Shown here: piece by piece, positions 8,040 through 17,050 of the stretch
Numbering within the stretch: position 1 is the stretch's first letter
Layout: every line of letters begins with the position of its first letter
DNA from: an uncultured Methanosarcinales archaeon
GTDB lineage: Archaea > Nanobdellota > Nanobdellia > Woesearchaeales > JACPBV01
Reading direction: 5' to 3'
Length of the DNA stretch: 64,000 bases
Assembly: GCA_964618315.1 (NCBI GenBank)
Contig: CAZTWQ010000001.1
Coordinates: forward strand, 6,877-70,876
Made by a program: the position numbers and the translations under genes
The notes under the pieces: model-generated
Database searches by the model: none
What the model saw: only the letters and a program-made list of their open reading frames with translations
What the model was told of the DNA's origin: nothing

Positions 8040-9992
8040 TCATGTTAATATCCCTAAGATAGGGAATACATAATTTGATAATGCCCCGAAGATTAAAGCA
8101 ATTATTATTGTTGCCAGAATTATATATGTTGCTCTTTTCCAACCTACTTCTCTGCCAAGAACAGCTATCGTGGCTACACAAGGTATGTATAATGATGTCA
8201 CTAAGCTGAATACGAAAATCTGTAATGGGGTTAAGAATGATAAGAGGTTACTTGTGCCGCCTATTGCAATCAGCATCTCTAAAGCCATCTCTTTTCTAAA
8301 GATTCCAAATAGTAATGTGATTCCTGCACTTGCTGGCAGGCCTAATAATCCCTGCATGATCGGTTCAAAAGGTTTCATTAAATAAATCAATAGATTGTAT
8401 TCTGTTAGTATGCCGATTAATGCTGCTCCTGCGATTAAAAGTGGGAATGCGATGTAAACAAAATCCTTAAGTCTTATCCATGTTTTTTTTATTATACCTT
8501 TTATAGATGGTAATCTGAAAGGGGGCATCTCTAGTATTAATCCTGTGTGTTCGCCAGGTAATAGTTTTCCTAAGACATATCCTGCTGCAAAGATTACGAT
8601 CAAGTCTATTGCATATATTAATAATGCAAATTGCCAGCCTACATATTTTGCAGTTGCCCCTAATATTACTGCAGTTACTGCAGAACATGGTACTAAACAG
8701 ACCATCACTATTGTTATGAAACGCTCTCTGAATGAAGATAATGTTCTTGTTGAAAGGATTGCAGGTACGTTGCAGCCAAAGCCAAGCATCATAGGTATGG
8801 TTGATTTACCATGTAGTTTTAATCTGTGCATTACCCTATCTAATAAATATGCCATCCTTGTTAAATATCCTGAATCTTCTAAGATACCCATCATTATGTA
8901 GAATACTGTGATATAAGGGATTGCTATTGCTAAGCCTGATTCTATACCAACTATGAAGCCATGTTCAAGAAGAACTTTTATGAAATTAATAGGGATTGTA
9001 CCTATTATAATTCTGAATATAGGTGCAATGTAAGTTTGAAAAGAGTTTATTAAGACTTGTTCAAGGTTGCCTCCAACTGTGAAAAGAGTATAGAACATTA
9101 TAGCTAATATTGATATTAAGATTGGAATTCCTGTTTTTGGTTCTATTGTCAGTCTGCTTAATCTTTCTCTGAGATTTATATTATTCTTTTTTCCTATCTG
9201 TGTTACTTTTTTTGCAATCAAAGATGATTCCCCATGACGATCTTTTGATATGTATGTAGGAATATCATGGAATTTTTTGTATCTTGAGATTGTCTTTTCT
9301 ACCCTTCCTTTTCGCCTTATTTCATGCCATGGAAGGGAACTACCTTCCAGAAGATCCAATATAATTTCCCGTTTGTTTTCTGTTAATACTTTTAGATCCT
9401 GGATAAGGTTTTCTATATGATCATCATATTTTGGTTTAAAGTAATTGAATCTAATCTTTTTGTTGATTACTTCTTCACATTTTTTTGCGAGTTTTTCTAT
9501 GCCTTTTCCGTTTAAGCAGTCTACTTCTACAACTGGAACTCCAAGTGTTTTGCTTAATTCTTTTGAGTTTATTATAATGCCTTTGTCCCTTGCTTCTTCT
9601 ATAAAATTTAGGGCTATAACTACAGGTAATTTATGCTCTATCAATTGTAATGTGAGATATAGGTTTCTTTCAAGATTGTTTGCATCTATCACATTTACTA
9701 TAACTGATGGTTTTCGGCATATGATATAATCTCTTGTCACTTTTTCATCTTCAGAAGACTCGCCAAAAGAATAAGATCCAGGCAGATCTGTTATCTTTAT
9801 ATCCTTAAAATATTTTAGATTTGTCAATCCACTCATGACATCTACTGTAGTTCCTGGATAGTTAGAGACTGTTGCACCAATGCCTGTAAATTGATTAAAG
9901 AGGCAGCTTTTACCAACATTGGGGTTAGCTACTAAAGCTATCTCTTTACTAAATTTTAGTTCATCTAATTTAGGTATAGTATGACATTTCAT
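8040..9992 (-). CDS. feoB: Ferrous iron transporter B
   Basis: NPNVGKS, NYPGTTV, DLPG GTPase motifs; GFGCNVPA and PC gate motifs. Confidence 0.96.
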   Translation of the reverse strand: MKCHTIPKLDELKFSKEIALVANPNVGKSCLFNQFTGIGATVSNYPGTTVDVMSGLTNLKYFKDIKITDLPGSYSFGESSEDEKVTRDYIICRKPSVIVNVIDANNLERNLYLTLQLIEHKLPVVIALNFIEEARDKGIIINSKELSKTLGVPVVEVDCLNGKGIEKLAKKCEEVINKKIRFNYFKPKYDDHIENLIQDLKVLTENKREIILDLLEGSSLPWHEIRRKGRVEKTISRYKKFHDIPTYISKDRHGESSLIAKKVTQIGKKNNINLRERLSRLTIEPKTGIPILISILAIMFYTLFTVGGNLEQVLINSFQTYIAPIFRIIIGTIPINFIKVLLEHGFIVGIESGLAIAIPYITVFYIMMGILEDSGYLTRMAYLLDRVMHRLKLHGKSTIPMMLGFGCNVPAILSTRTLSSFRERFITIVMVCLVPCSAVTAVILGATAKYVGWQFALLIYAIDLIVIFAAGYVLGKLLPGEHTGLILEMPPFRLPSIKGIIKKTWIRLKDFVYIAFPLLIAGAALIGILTEYNLLIYLMKPFEPIMQGLLGLPASAGITLLFGIFRKEMALEMLIAIGGTSNLLSFLTPLQIFVFSLVTSLYIPCVATIAVLGREVGWKRATYIILATIIIALIFGALSNYVFPILGILT

Positions 9993-10633
9993 TCTTCTTG
10001 TTTTTTGACATATATCTTACTGCAGATCTCGTCACCTAATGCTACTTTAGATCCTTTTATCTGAAGTTCAATAGGGCCTTTTTTTATCTTGTTGAGTATT
10101 TTTATTTTTGTTTCCGGGACTAAACCAAGAGAGTTTATCCTTTCAAGTGTTTGTTTGTTCTTGATATTTGTAAACAATACTGTGGCTTCTTTTCCAACGC
10201 AGATATTTCCAAGAAAGCATGCTTTTTTATCACTCTCAGGGATTTTGTCTCCATGCGGACATGTTTTCGGATTTTTTAGGAGCTTGTCTAGTTTTTCTAC
10301 TGCTTCTTTAGAAACACCATGCTCTAACTTGTCTGCTTCGTTATGGATCTTTTTCTTGTTTATCCCCAATATCTTTAATAAGAAGTTTTCCAGAATTTTA
10401 TGTTTGTATAATATTTTTTCTGCTTCCCCTATGCCTTTTTTTGTCAGGTTGATGCTGCTGTATAGTTTATAATCGATTAGATTGTCTTTAGCAAGCTTTT
10501 TTACCATTTCATTGACACTTGCTTTGGAGATGCTAAGGTGGTTAGCTAACTCAACAGATCTTATAGCCCGATTTTTATCTTTTTGTATCTTGTATATTGC
10601 TTTAAGATAATCTTCTTTACTTATATCTTTCAT
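9989..10633 (-). CDS. DtxR/MntR-family metalloregulator with C-terminal FeoA domain
   Basis: EDYLK, HKILENFL, EADKLEH, CPHG; FeoA-like tail. Confidence 0.93.
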   Translation of the reverse strand: MKDISKEDYLKAIYKIQKDKNRAIRSVELANHLSISKASVNEMVKKLAKDNLIDYKLYSSINLTKKGIGEAEKILYKHKILENFLLKILGINKKKIHNEADKLEHGVSKEAVEKLDKLLKNPKTCPHGDKIPESDKKACFLGNICVGKEATVLFTNIKNKQTLERINSLGLVPETKIKILNKIKKGPIELQIKGSKVALGDEICSKIYVKKQEE

Positions 10634-10636
10634 AAA

Positions 10637-10690
10637 GTTAGGTGTGGCTAACTAATATATAAAGGTTATGATTGTTAGGTGTGGCTAACT
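10637..10690. promoter_or_regulatory. Two identical DtxR-type operators flanking the TATA box
   Basis: GTTAGGTGTGGCTAACT at 10637-10653 and 10674-10690; minus-strand TTTATATA between them. Confidence 0.85.
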
Positions 10691-10734
10691 TTATAGAACA
10701 AGAAAATTTCATAAATCATAGAGATTGTAAAATT

Positions 10735-10783
10735 TTTAGAAATCAAAGATCTCTAAACAGTTTAAAAATCTTTGATTTTTAAA
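10735..10783. repeat. Chained short palindromes (REP-like module)
   Basis: TTTAGAAATC-AAA-GATCTCTAAA, CAG, TTTAAAAATC-TTT-GATTTTTAAA. Confidence 0.55.
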
Positions 10784-10844
10784 ATTTTCTCTAGTTAATA
10801 AAGTTAAAAACTTTGTTTTTATACTTTATAAACAATTTAGAAAA

Positions 10845-10970
10845 AAATGAAAAAAATAAGGCAAAGATGTTCTAGGGGGACTAGACATCTCTTTGCCTTC
10901 AGAGGTGTTTGTTTTTAGTATGATTGATCCTTGGTTTGAGGAAACCAAAGCCCAATTATCTTAAATCACT
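10845..10970 (-). ncRNA. Candidate small structured RNA
   Basis: Two hairpins (10858-10899, 10930-10950), T-tract downstream on minus strand, TATA-like element near 10995; no ORF. Confidence 0.35.
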
Positions 10971-11063
10971 ATATAATGTATGAGGTAGGCATTTATTAAT
11001 ACATTATGAAATGATGATAAAGAACAAGAATCCATAAAGTTTATAAAGAGAAAATGGGTATGT

Positions 11064-11750
11064 ATGAGTATGGCATATATATTTGGTCCAAGTTGGTTCT
11101 ATGGGATTGATTATGTATTTGACTTAGTTTCAGTTATAGTTGGTCTGCTTATATCTTATTTTTCATATAAGACTTATAGATATACATCACAAAAGAAATA
11201 CCTTTATTTTGCTTCTTCGTTTTTTTTAGTAGCTATAGCTTTTGTAAGTAAGATATTAGCAACTATACCAGTTTATTCCAAGGAATTGCAGGTTGAAACT
11301 GTTGGGCTGGTGACGGTCACTTCTCAGATTATTAAGAAGGCTGTTTGGGCAAATCAATTCGGGATATCCATTGCTCGTTTGGTAATGTTGGTTGCTTTTT
11401 TGATACTATTACTAGTCGCTTTAAAGGTAAAGGATAAAAAAATAATTGCATTGTTTGTGTATTTTCTTATAATATCTACAACTTTAGTGAGTCAATCATA
11501 TATTGTATTTCATCTGACTTTGTTGATTATGATGGGGATATTGTTTTTGAATTATAAATGCAATTATCTGAAAAAGAAAAGTTTTAATTCTAAATTAGTT
11601 ATGAGTTCATTCTTTTTATTACTTGTAAGCCAGATATTTTTTGTATTTGAGGGATTAGTAGAGCATTTCTATGTAATGGGTGAGAGTGTACAATTATTAG
11701 GTTACTTAACATTATTATTTGCTATGGGAAAGATGTTGTTGAAAAAATGA
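11064..11750 (+). CDS. Multi-pass membrane protein (about 7 TM)
   Basis: Hydrophobic segments; adjacent to wHTH gene. Confidence 0.8.
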   Translation: MSMAYIFGPSWFYGIDYVFDLVSVIVGLLISYFSYKTYRYTSQKKYLYFASSFFLVAIAFVSKILATIPVYSKELQVETVGLVTVTSQIIKKAVWANQFGISIARLVMLVAFLILLLVALKVKDKKIIALFVYFLIISTTLVSQSYIVFHLTLLIMMGILFLNYKCNYLKKKSFNSKLVMSSFFLLLVSQIFFVFEGLVEHFYVMGESVQLLGYLTLLFAMGKMLLKK

Positions 11751-11795
11751 TAATTTCAAACTCCTAAAAATTAGGAGATTTTTGGGAGATTTAAT

Positions 11796-12068
11796 ATGGG
11801 TGTCCGTAGAACAAAAATTGAGATAATATATGACATTTTAACGGCTATACAAAAAAAAGGTGGTAGGATTAAGCCGACGCACCTACTTTATAAGTCAAAC
11901 TTATCATATAAGAAGATGTTGGAGTATGTTGGTGAGTTGATGAGCAAAGATATGGTGGGTGAAGAGGAAGAGAAAGGGAAGAAGATGTATACTCTAACTG
12001 ATAAAGGTGCTAATTATATTCAGGAGTTTAAGAAGATTAAAGAGTTTAGTGATTCTTTTGGGTTGTAA
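11796..12068 (+). CDS. Winged-helix transcription regulator (archaeal HTH_45-like)
   Basis: RRTKIEIIYDIL...KPTHLLYKSNLSY...YTLTDKG. Confidence 0.88.
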   Translation: MGVRRTKIEIIYDILTAIQKKGGRIKPTHLLYKSNLSYKKMLEYVGELMSKDMVGEEEEKGKKMYTLTDKGANYIQEFKKIKEFSDSFGL

Positions 12069-12198
12069 TGAGCTCATAAATTTCATGAGTGTGGAGAATT
12101 ATTTCTGTCCAGAAGATATTATTTCACAATTGTTTTCTACAATTGGTATGTAGAATAAGTATAAAAATGTTATTCAAAACTCACCATCTTCTTCATTT

Positions 12199-12657
12199 TT
12201 AAATAAACCTAATATGAGAATCACAAACTAAATGAGTAAACTGCCCAAACCAAAAACCAACAAAAGCCCAAGACGCAGTAATAATATTAAAAAAACCGTA
12301 ATAGATAAAAATAAGTGAAAACAAGAAAACTAACATAAATGAGGTAAAAGTAATCCCAACCATACTATGTAAAGTATTCCTATGACCTTTTCTTCTACCT
12401 GTAACGCTACTTAAGAAAAATTCAAACAACCTCATTAAGTAAGCTATTGGAAATAAAACAGTAAAGAATATCCTAGAACCCCTATTGTTACTATCAGAAT
12501 CAGGGAGTATTAAACCTATATTAAAAAGAAGAGCACCAAACATAAAACTTTGTTGATATAATTTAGAATAATTGTCGAGGTATCCTCCACCAACTACAAA
12601 AAAGATTAATATAAAGATAACTATACCTCCTACCAATATATGTTCTTTACCTAAAAT
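12199..12657 (-). CDS. Membrane-bound metal-dependent hydrolase (YdjM-like), probable ATT start
   Basis: LPDSD, GHRNTLHS, HLVCD; N-terminal GKEH motif only included if translation starts at ATT 12657. Confidence 0.75.
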   Translation of the reverse strand: MLGKEHILVGGIVIFILIFFVVGGGYLDNYSKLYQQSFMFGALLFNIGLILPDSDSNNRGSRIFFTVLFPIAYLMRLFEFFLSSVTGRRKGHRNTLHSMVGITFTSFMLVFLFSLIFIYYGFFNIITASWAFVGFWFGQFTHLVCDSHIRFI

Positions 12658-12938
12658 TCAAACCGCCTTGTTTTTTTTCTTTTAATGTATAAATCCCTAA
12701 TATTCCTTAATGAATAAAACACAATAAAGAATAAGAAGAAAAACATAACAAAAGAGTAACCTACAAATTCAGCTAAACTCCCAATTGGAGCTTTAGGCAT
12801 ATTTACAAGAATCTTCAAACCACCCAGAACGGTGAAGAAAGTTCCAACGAATAAAGCCACATAGTAAACCTTTTTTTCTTCCTCTTTATATTTAACAAGC
12901 CCTTTTAACCATTTCATTTTAAACATCCCTAAATTCAT
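12651..12938 (-). CDS. Small membrane protein
   Basis: Two hydrophobic segments. Confidence 0.6.
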   Translation of the reverse strand: MNLGMFKMKWLKGLVKYKEEEKKVYYVALFVGTFFTVLGGLKILVNMPKAPIGSLAEFVGYSFVMFFFLFFIVFYSLRNIRDLYIKRKKTRRFEF

Positions 12939-13090
12939 CCTATAGACGAGAATAGGTATTTAAACTTTCCTAAAAAAACGTCCGTTTATTTGACTAGGGG
13001 TTATTTATAAATAACTTGGGTGTTTTTGAAGTACTCTTTTTTCTATGTTAAGTTACTAATAAACCAGAATCCCTAACATAATTACATAAA

Positions 13091-14137
13091 TTATCCTGAA
13101 TAATCATATTTATTCATTTTAAATCCAGAATTAACCCTATGTCTTATTGTGCTTGGAGGTATATTAATTAGGGGTGATATTTTATAAGGAGTTAATCCTT
13201 TTTCTGTTAATTCTTTTATTCTTATATTCTGATTATTTATCTTTTCAAATCTTTTTTGATAATGATTTAAAGCATTCGAAAGTTTTTTTCTTTTTTCAGG
13301 ATGAGTAAATCCAATTAGTTTACTATATCTAAGGATTGATTTATTGCGGCCTATTGTGATAGTTGGTTCAGAAATCCTAGATTGAATTCCTAAGTCTTCC
13401 AATAGGGATTTGATGAATAGGAGCTCTTCCTCGCACTTTTGTGATCCACTAACAGAAAACATGCCTTTTTTTAGATTGAAATGGACACAACCTTCATCAT
13501 CAAAGAAAGCCTTTAGATATATTTTTTTGTATTCATCATTAGTTATTATGATAGTTTTATCAAAATTAAGAATATCTAAATGCATTAATTTGGAAGAGTA
13601 AATAAGTTGAGTTACTCCTGAACCTACTTTTGATCTTGTTGGTTTTAATCCATAAACAAAGCCCATATCATTTTCAAATTCACTTAATAATTCTTGATTT
13701 TTGTTTATGTAACTAATTACATAAGAGTTATTTTTACTAACATAACCATCAAATATTGAATGTGCATAGATCCTTACTTTTTCTTTGGTTATTTTATCAA
13801 ATCCTTTTTTAAGGGGTTTAGGATAGATAGGAAATTGAACTTTCCCCTTAATGCAATCTTTTATGAAATTTATAGAATGGCCTGTAATTTTTCTAACTTT
13901 TCTTAGAGATTTAACTTTGTTATAAATCTTACATAGATTGTCAACTTTTTGGTTTTTCTTAATTCCTGCTATTTCACTATTAGATTTTATATGAATTCCA
14001 CCCTTGATTAATCTTTTCTTAATGCCTTCTCTTGAAAGTCCAAACTTTTTTGCTAAATTAGTTAATGTTATTCTTTTATCTAAGACATATATTTTTTCAA
14101 TTTCTTTAATTATTTCTTCTGATATTTTTTTTATCAT
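13091..14137 (-). CDS. Stand-alone LAGLIDADG endonuclease-like protein with N- and C-terminal HTH motifs
   Basis: IYAHSIFDG and YLKAFFDDEG motifs; ...LIGFTHPEK; GGAGGTGA RBS. Confidence 0.82.
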   Translation of the reverse strand: MIKKISEEIIKEIEKIYVLDKRITLTNLAKKFGLSREGIKKRLIKGGIHIKSNSEIAGIKKNQKVDNLCKIYNKVKSLRKVRKITGHSINFIKDCIKGKVQFPIYPKPLKKGFDKITKEKVRIYAHSIFDGYVSKNNSYVISYINKNQELLSEFENDMGFVYGLKPTRSKVGSGVTQLIYSSKLMHLDILNFDKTIIITNDEYKKIYLKAFFDDEGCVHFNLKKGMFSVSGSQKCEEELLFIKSLLEDLGIQSRISEPTITIGRNKSILRYSKLIGFTHPEKRKKLSNALNHYQKRFEKINNQNIRIKELTEKGLTPYKISPLINIPPSTIRHRVNSGFKMNKYDYSG

Positions 14138-14426
14138 CTTAAATCACCTCCATTTAAGATTTCTTTTAATTTATTGGAAGAAATCAGGGGGGTTGAAAAA
14201 AGATACCTGAAAGCTAAACTCCATAATTGATTTTTGTGTCTGAAAGATCAAAAATCATTATTTAGGAGTTTTGCATGGTCTCTTTTTTATTAAGAGTGTA
14301 GAATTACTCATTTATATATCCTGCGGGGGTGTCTGGCAAGTGGCAAGTGGGTGCCTAAAACTACTGTAACCATTAAATTTAGGCTCTAGAAGGCTTCTCG
14401 CACTTGCCAAAATTTTGGCAAGTGGG
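14138..14426 (-). repeat. LAGLIDADG-associated upstream module, copy A
   Basis: Colinear homology with 41766-42052: palindrome 14401-14424, TGGCAAGTGGCAAGTG, TATA 14311-14318, long hairpin 14196-14288, SD. Confidence 0.9.
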
Positions 14427-14440
14427 ATGATTAACTTGAG

Positions 14441-15121
14441 TTATTTCTTCTTAGGTTCCTTTACAGAACCTCTTAAATACCAAACTAGAAGGTACACAAA
14501 TGGTGTGTCTGCTAACGCTAAAACTACTTTTAGAAGATAGTATGGAATTATTAATGTGAAAAGGTATGCCACATTGAACTTAGGGCTTGTGTTTAGGGTC
14601 TGTGGGAGCCAAGGTATGTAGTATAATGCTATGAACATGAACAGGACTGAATCCAGGAATTGTGATACTATGGTTGATGCGTTGTTTCTTAGCCATAGCC
14701 ATTTTCCTTTTGTCTTTTGTTTCCAGAAGTTGAATGCCCATACATCATGGAGCTGGCTGACTATAAATGCTAGTATAGATGCTATGAAGAACCTTAAAGA
14801 CATTCCAAAAACGGGGGTGTATTGTTCTGCCTGAACATAGCTTCTTGCAGCAAAAGGCAGTTTTACAGCTATTGCTGTAATTATTAAAACAAATAACATA
14901 CAGATAAAGCCAACCCATACGAACATCTTTGTTTTTTCTTTTCCATGGACTTCTTCAACTGCATCTGTTATCAAGAATGTTATGGGGTAAGCAAATATTC
15001 CCACACTTACCTGAATAACCCAGAATTGTGTGATCTTGCCACCTATCAGATTAGCAGCTATCAGTGAAGCTACAAATAGACCAAGTAGAAGATTTGTTTT
15101 AGATTTTAAGTCCCACTTCAT
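14441..15121 (-). CDS. Queuosine/archaeosine precursor transporter (YhhQ/VUT family)
   Basis: YPITFLITD..EVHG, SQLHD, LWLRNNASTIVSQFLDS, DTP. Confidence 0.92.
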   Translation of the reverse strand: MKWDLKSKTNLLLGLFVASLIAANLIGGKITQFWVIQVSVGIFAYPITFLITDAVEEVHGKEKTKMFVWVGFICMLFVLIITAIAVKLPFAARSYVQAEQYTPVFGMSLRFFIASILAFIVSQLHDVWAFNFWKQKTKGKWLWLRNNASTIVSQFLDSVLFMFIALYYIPWLPQTLNTSPKFNVAYLFTLIIPYYLLKVVLALADTPFVYLLVWYLRGSVKEPKKK

Positions 15122-15227
15122 AGCAGGTTAGAAGATTGATGCGTTATTTATAAGCGTTTCTGTGGAGAATAATTAAAATATATTCCAAGCGAAGATTATT
15201 GAATATTTGTTTGGCTTTGCTATATTA

Positions 15228-16283
15228 TCAAGGCAATAAGCCAGAGAATAGAATTACTATGAAAATGGTGTATAATATAAGAAATATTATCCCTTCTGTG
15301 CGCCTGATCTTCCAATAACTTTTGATAAACATTAAGAGCAAGATAGTCATAGCTATCATAAATGGGGCTGAATATAGTAAGGTTGATTTGATGATTGTTA
15401 ATGGTGCTATTAATCCTGAAATGCCTATAACTAAGAAGATATTTGCAATGTTAGATCCAATAACATTACCTATAGCTATATTACCATAGCCTTTTCTTGC
15501 AGCTGATATTGAGACGCTTAGTTCTGGCAGGGATGTGCCTAACGCTATAATGCTTATGCCTATAAATGTTTGAGGTATGTTTAATATTTTTGCAAAAAAT
15601 ACTGCTTCTTGTACCAGATATTTTGCACCAAAGACAACTGCTGCTCCTGCAATTGCTGAAATAAGCAAGTCTTTGATCAGGGCTTCTTTGAATAATTGTT
15701 TTATTTCTGTTTTTTGTTTTCTTGTTATTTTGTTTTCTTTATTAGCTTTTGACATCAATCTATCTTTTATCGTAAATATATACTGGAATTTGAAGAAATA
15801 TTTTATGAATTCATTGAAATGATATTTTTCCCCTAATTCTGGTTTTAGTTCAATCAGGAAAAGGATGTAAGCAAAATAAAGTATAATGAAGATTATGGAT
15901 TCTAATTTTGAGATATTGCTGTTCAAAGCAAATACATAGAATAATAATGCTGCAAATAACATGATATATCCATCTCTTTTGAGCATATCTTCTTTTGTTT
16001 TGATTACTGCTATTGTTGCTGCTACCCCTATTATCAATCCTATATTTGCTATATTTGATCCAACTACATTGCCTATGACAATCCCGCTTTGGTTTTTTAG
16101 GGAAGCTATTACTGAAGAAGCTAATTCTGGTATGGATGTGCCTAGTGCGACTAATGTTAAACCTATGACAAACTCTGAGACGCCCAGTTTTTCTGCTATA
16201 GATGCAGCTGATTTTACGAAGAAGTCTGATCCTTTGACTAATAAGATCAAACCTGCTATGAAAATTAATATGTTTATTATCAT
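15228..16283 (-). CDS. Ca2+/Na+ antiporter (YrbG/CaCA family)
   Basis: Duplicated GTSxPE...GNVxGSNIANI alpha repeats. Confidence 0.95.
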   Translation of the reverse strand: MIINILIFIAGLILLVKGSDFFVKSAASIAEKLGVSEFVIGLTLVALGTSIPELASSVIASLKNQSGIVIGNVVGSNIANIGLIIGVAATIAVIKTKEDMLKRDGYIMLFAALLFYVFALNSNISKLESIIFIILYFAYILFLIELKPELGEKYHFNEFIKYFFKFQYIFTIKDRLMSKANKENKITRKQKTEIKQLFKEALIKDLLISAIAGAAVVFGAKYLVQEAVFFAKILNIPQTFIGISIIALGTSLPELSVSISAARKGYGNIAIGNVIGSNIANIFLVIGISGLIAPLTIIKSTLLYSAPFMIAMTILLLMFIKSYWKIRRTEGIIFLILYTIFIVILFSGLLP

Positions 16284-17050
16284 GGATTAAACTCCGTTTT
16301 ATTAATTTTTAGTAAAAAATATAATCCAACAAAAAACATCGCTATATTTAGCCATTGACCCATGGTCAATCCTAGGATAAATCCTATGCTTCCGGGGTCT
16401 TTTACAAATTCTATCATGAATCTTATTGATGAGTATAGTAAAACAAATGACCAAAACAGAGTTCCTTTCTTTAATTGTTTTTCTTTTAGGTTCCATAGGA
16501 TTGTAAATATTATTAAGTTTTTTAGGCTCTCATAGATTTGGGATGGGTGTCTGCAACCAGTATAGTTTTTGAAATATACGCACCAGGGCAGGCTTGTGAT
16601 TCTTCCAACTAATTCACTGTTTATGAAGTTGGCTATTCTTCCTAAGAAAAGGCCGAATGCTAATGGGATGACTGTAATATCTGCTAGATCATATAAATCT
16701 ATGTGCTTTTTTTTGCAGAATAAGTAACCTGCTAATACTGCTCCAACCAAACCACCATGGAAGCTTAATCCTCCCTGCCATATTGCTATCATCTTTAATG
16801 GATTTGCTGCATAATAAGCTGGTTCGTAGAAGATTATCTCAAATAATCTTGCTCCCAGAATGGTACCTATAATCAAGTAGAAGATATAATCTGCAATGTC
16901 GTCTTTGGTTAGATTGAGGTTTCTTTTGTTAGCTATATGATATATGATGAAATATGCAATCAGAAAACCTAAAGCGTAGATAATACCATAATATCTAATC
17001 TCTAATGGTCCTATCCTAAATAATGTTGGGTCTATATTATGGTAAAACAT
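16280..17050 (-). CDS. lgt: Prolipoprotein diacylglyceryl transferase
   Basis: RYYG, GARL, GGLSFHGG, GRIANFINSEL.GR, RHPSQIYE, RFMIEF. Confidence 0.93.
   Translation of the reverse strand: MFYHNIDPTLFRIGPLEIRYYGIIYALGFLIAYFIIYHIANKRNLNLTKDDIADYIFYLIIGTILGARLFEIIFYEPAYYAANPLKMIAIWQGGLSFHGGLVGAVLAGYLFCKKKHIDLYDLADITVIPLAFGLFLGRIANFINSELVGRITSLPWCVYFKNYTGCRHPSQIYESLKNLIIFTILWNLKEKQLKKGTLFWSFVLLYSSIRFMIEFVKDPGSIGFILGLTMGQWLNIAMFFVGLYFLLKINKTEFNP

Noticed and set aside
13091..14137. LAGLIDADG ORFs as inteins or intron-encoded proteins
   Set aside because: Each has its own SD/ATG, lacks Hint splicing motifs, and does not interrupt a host gene.
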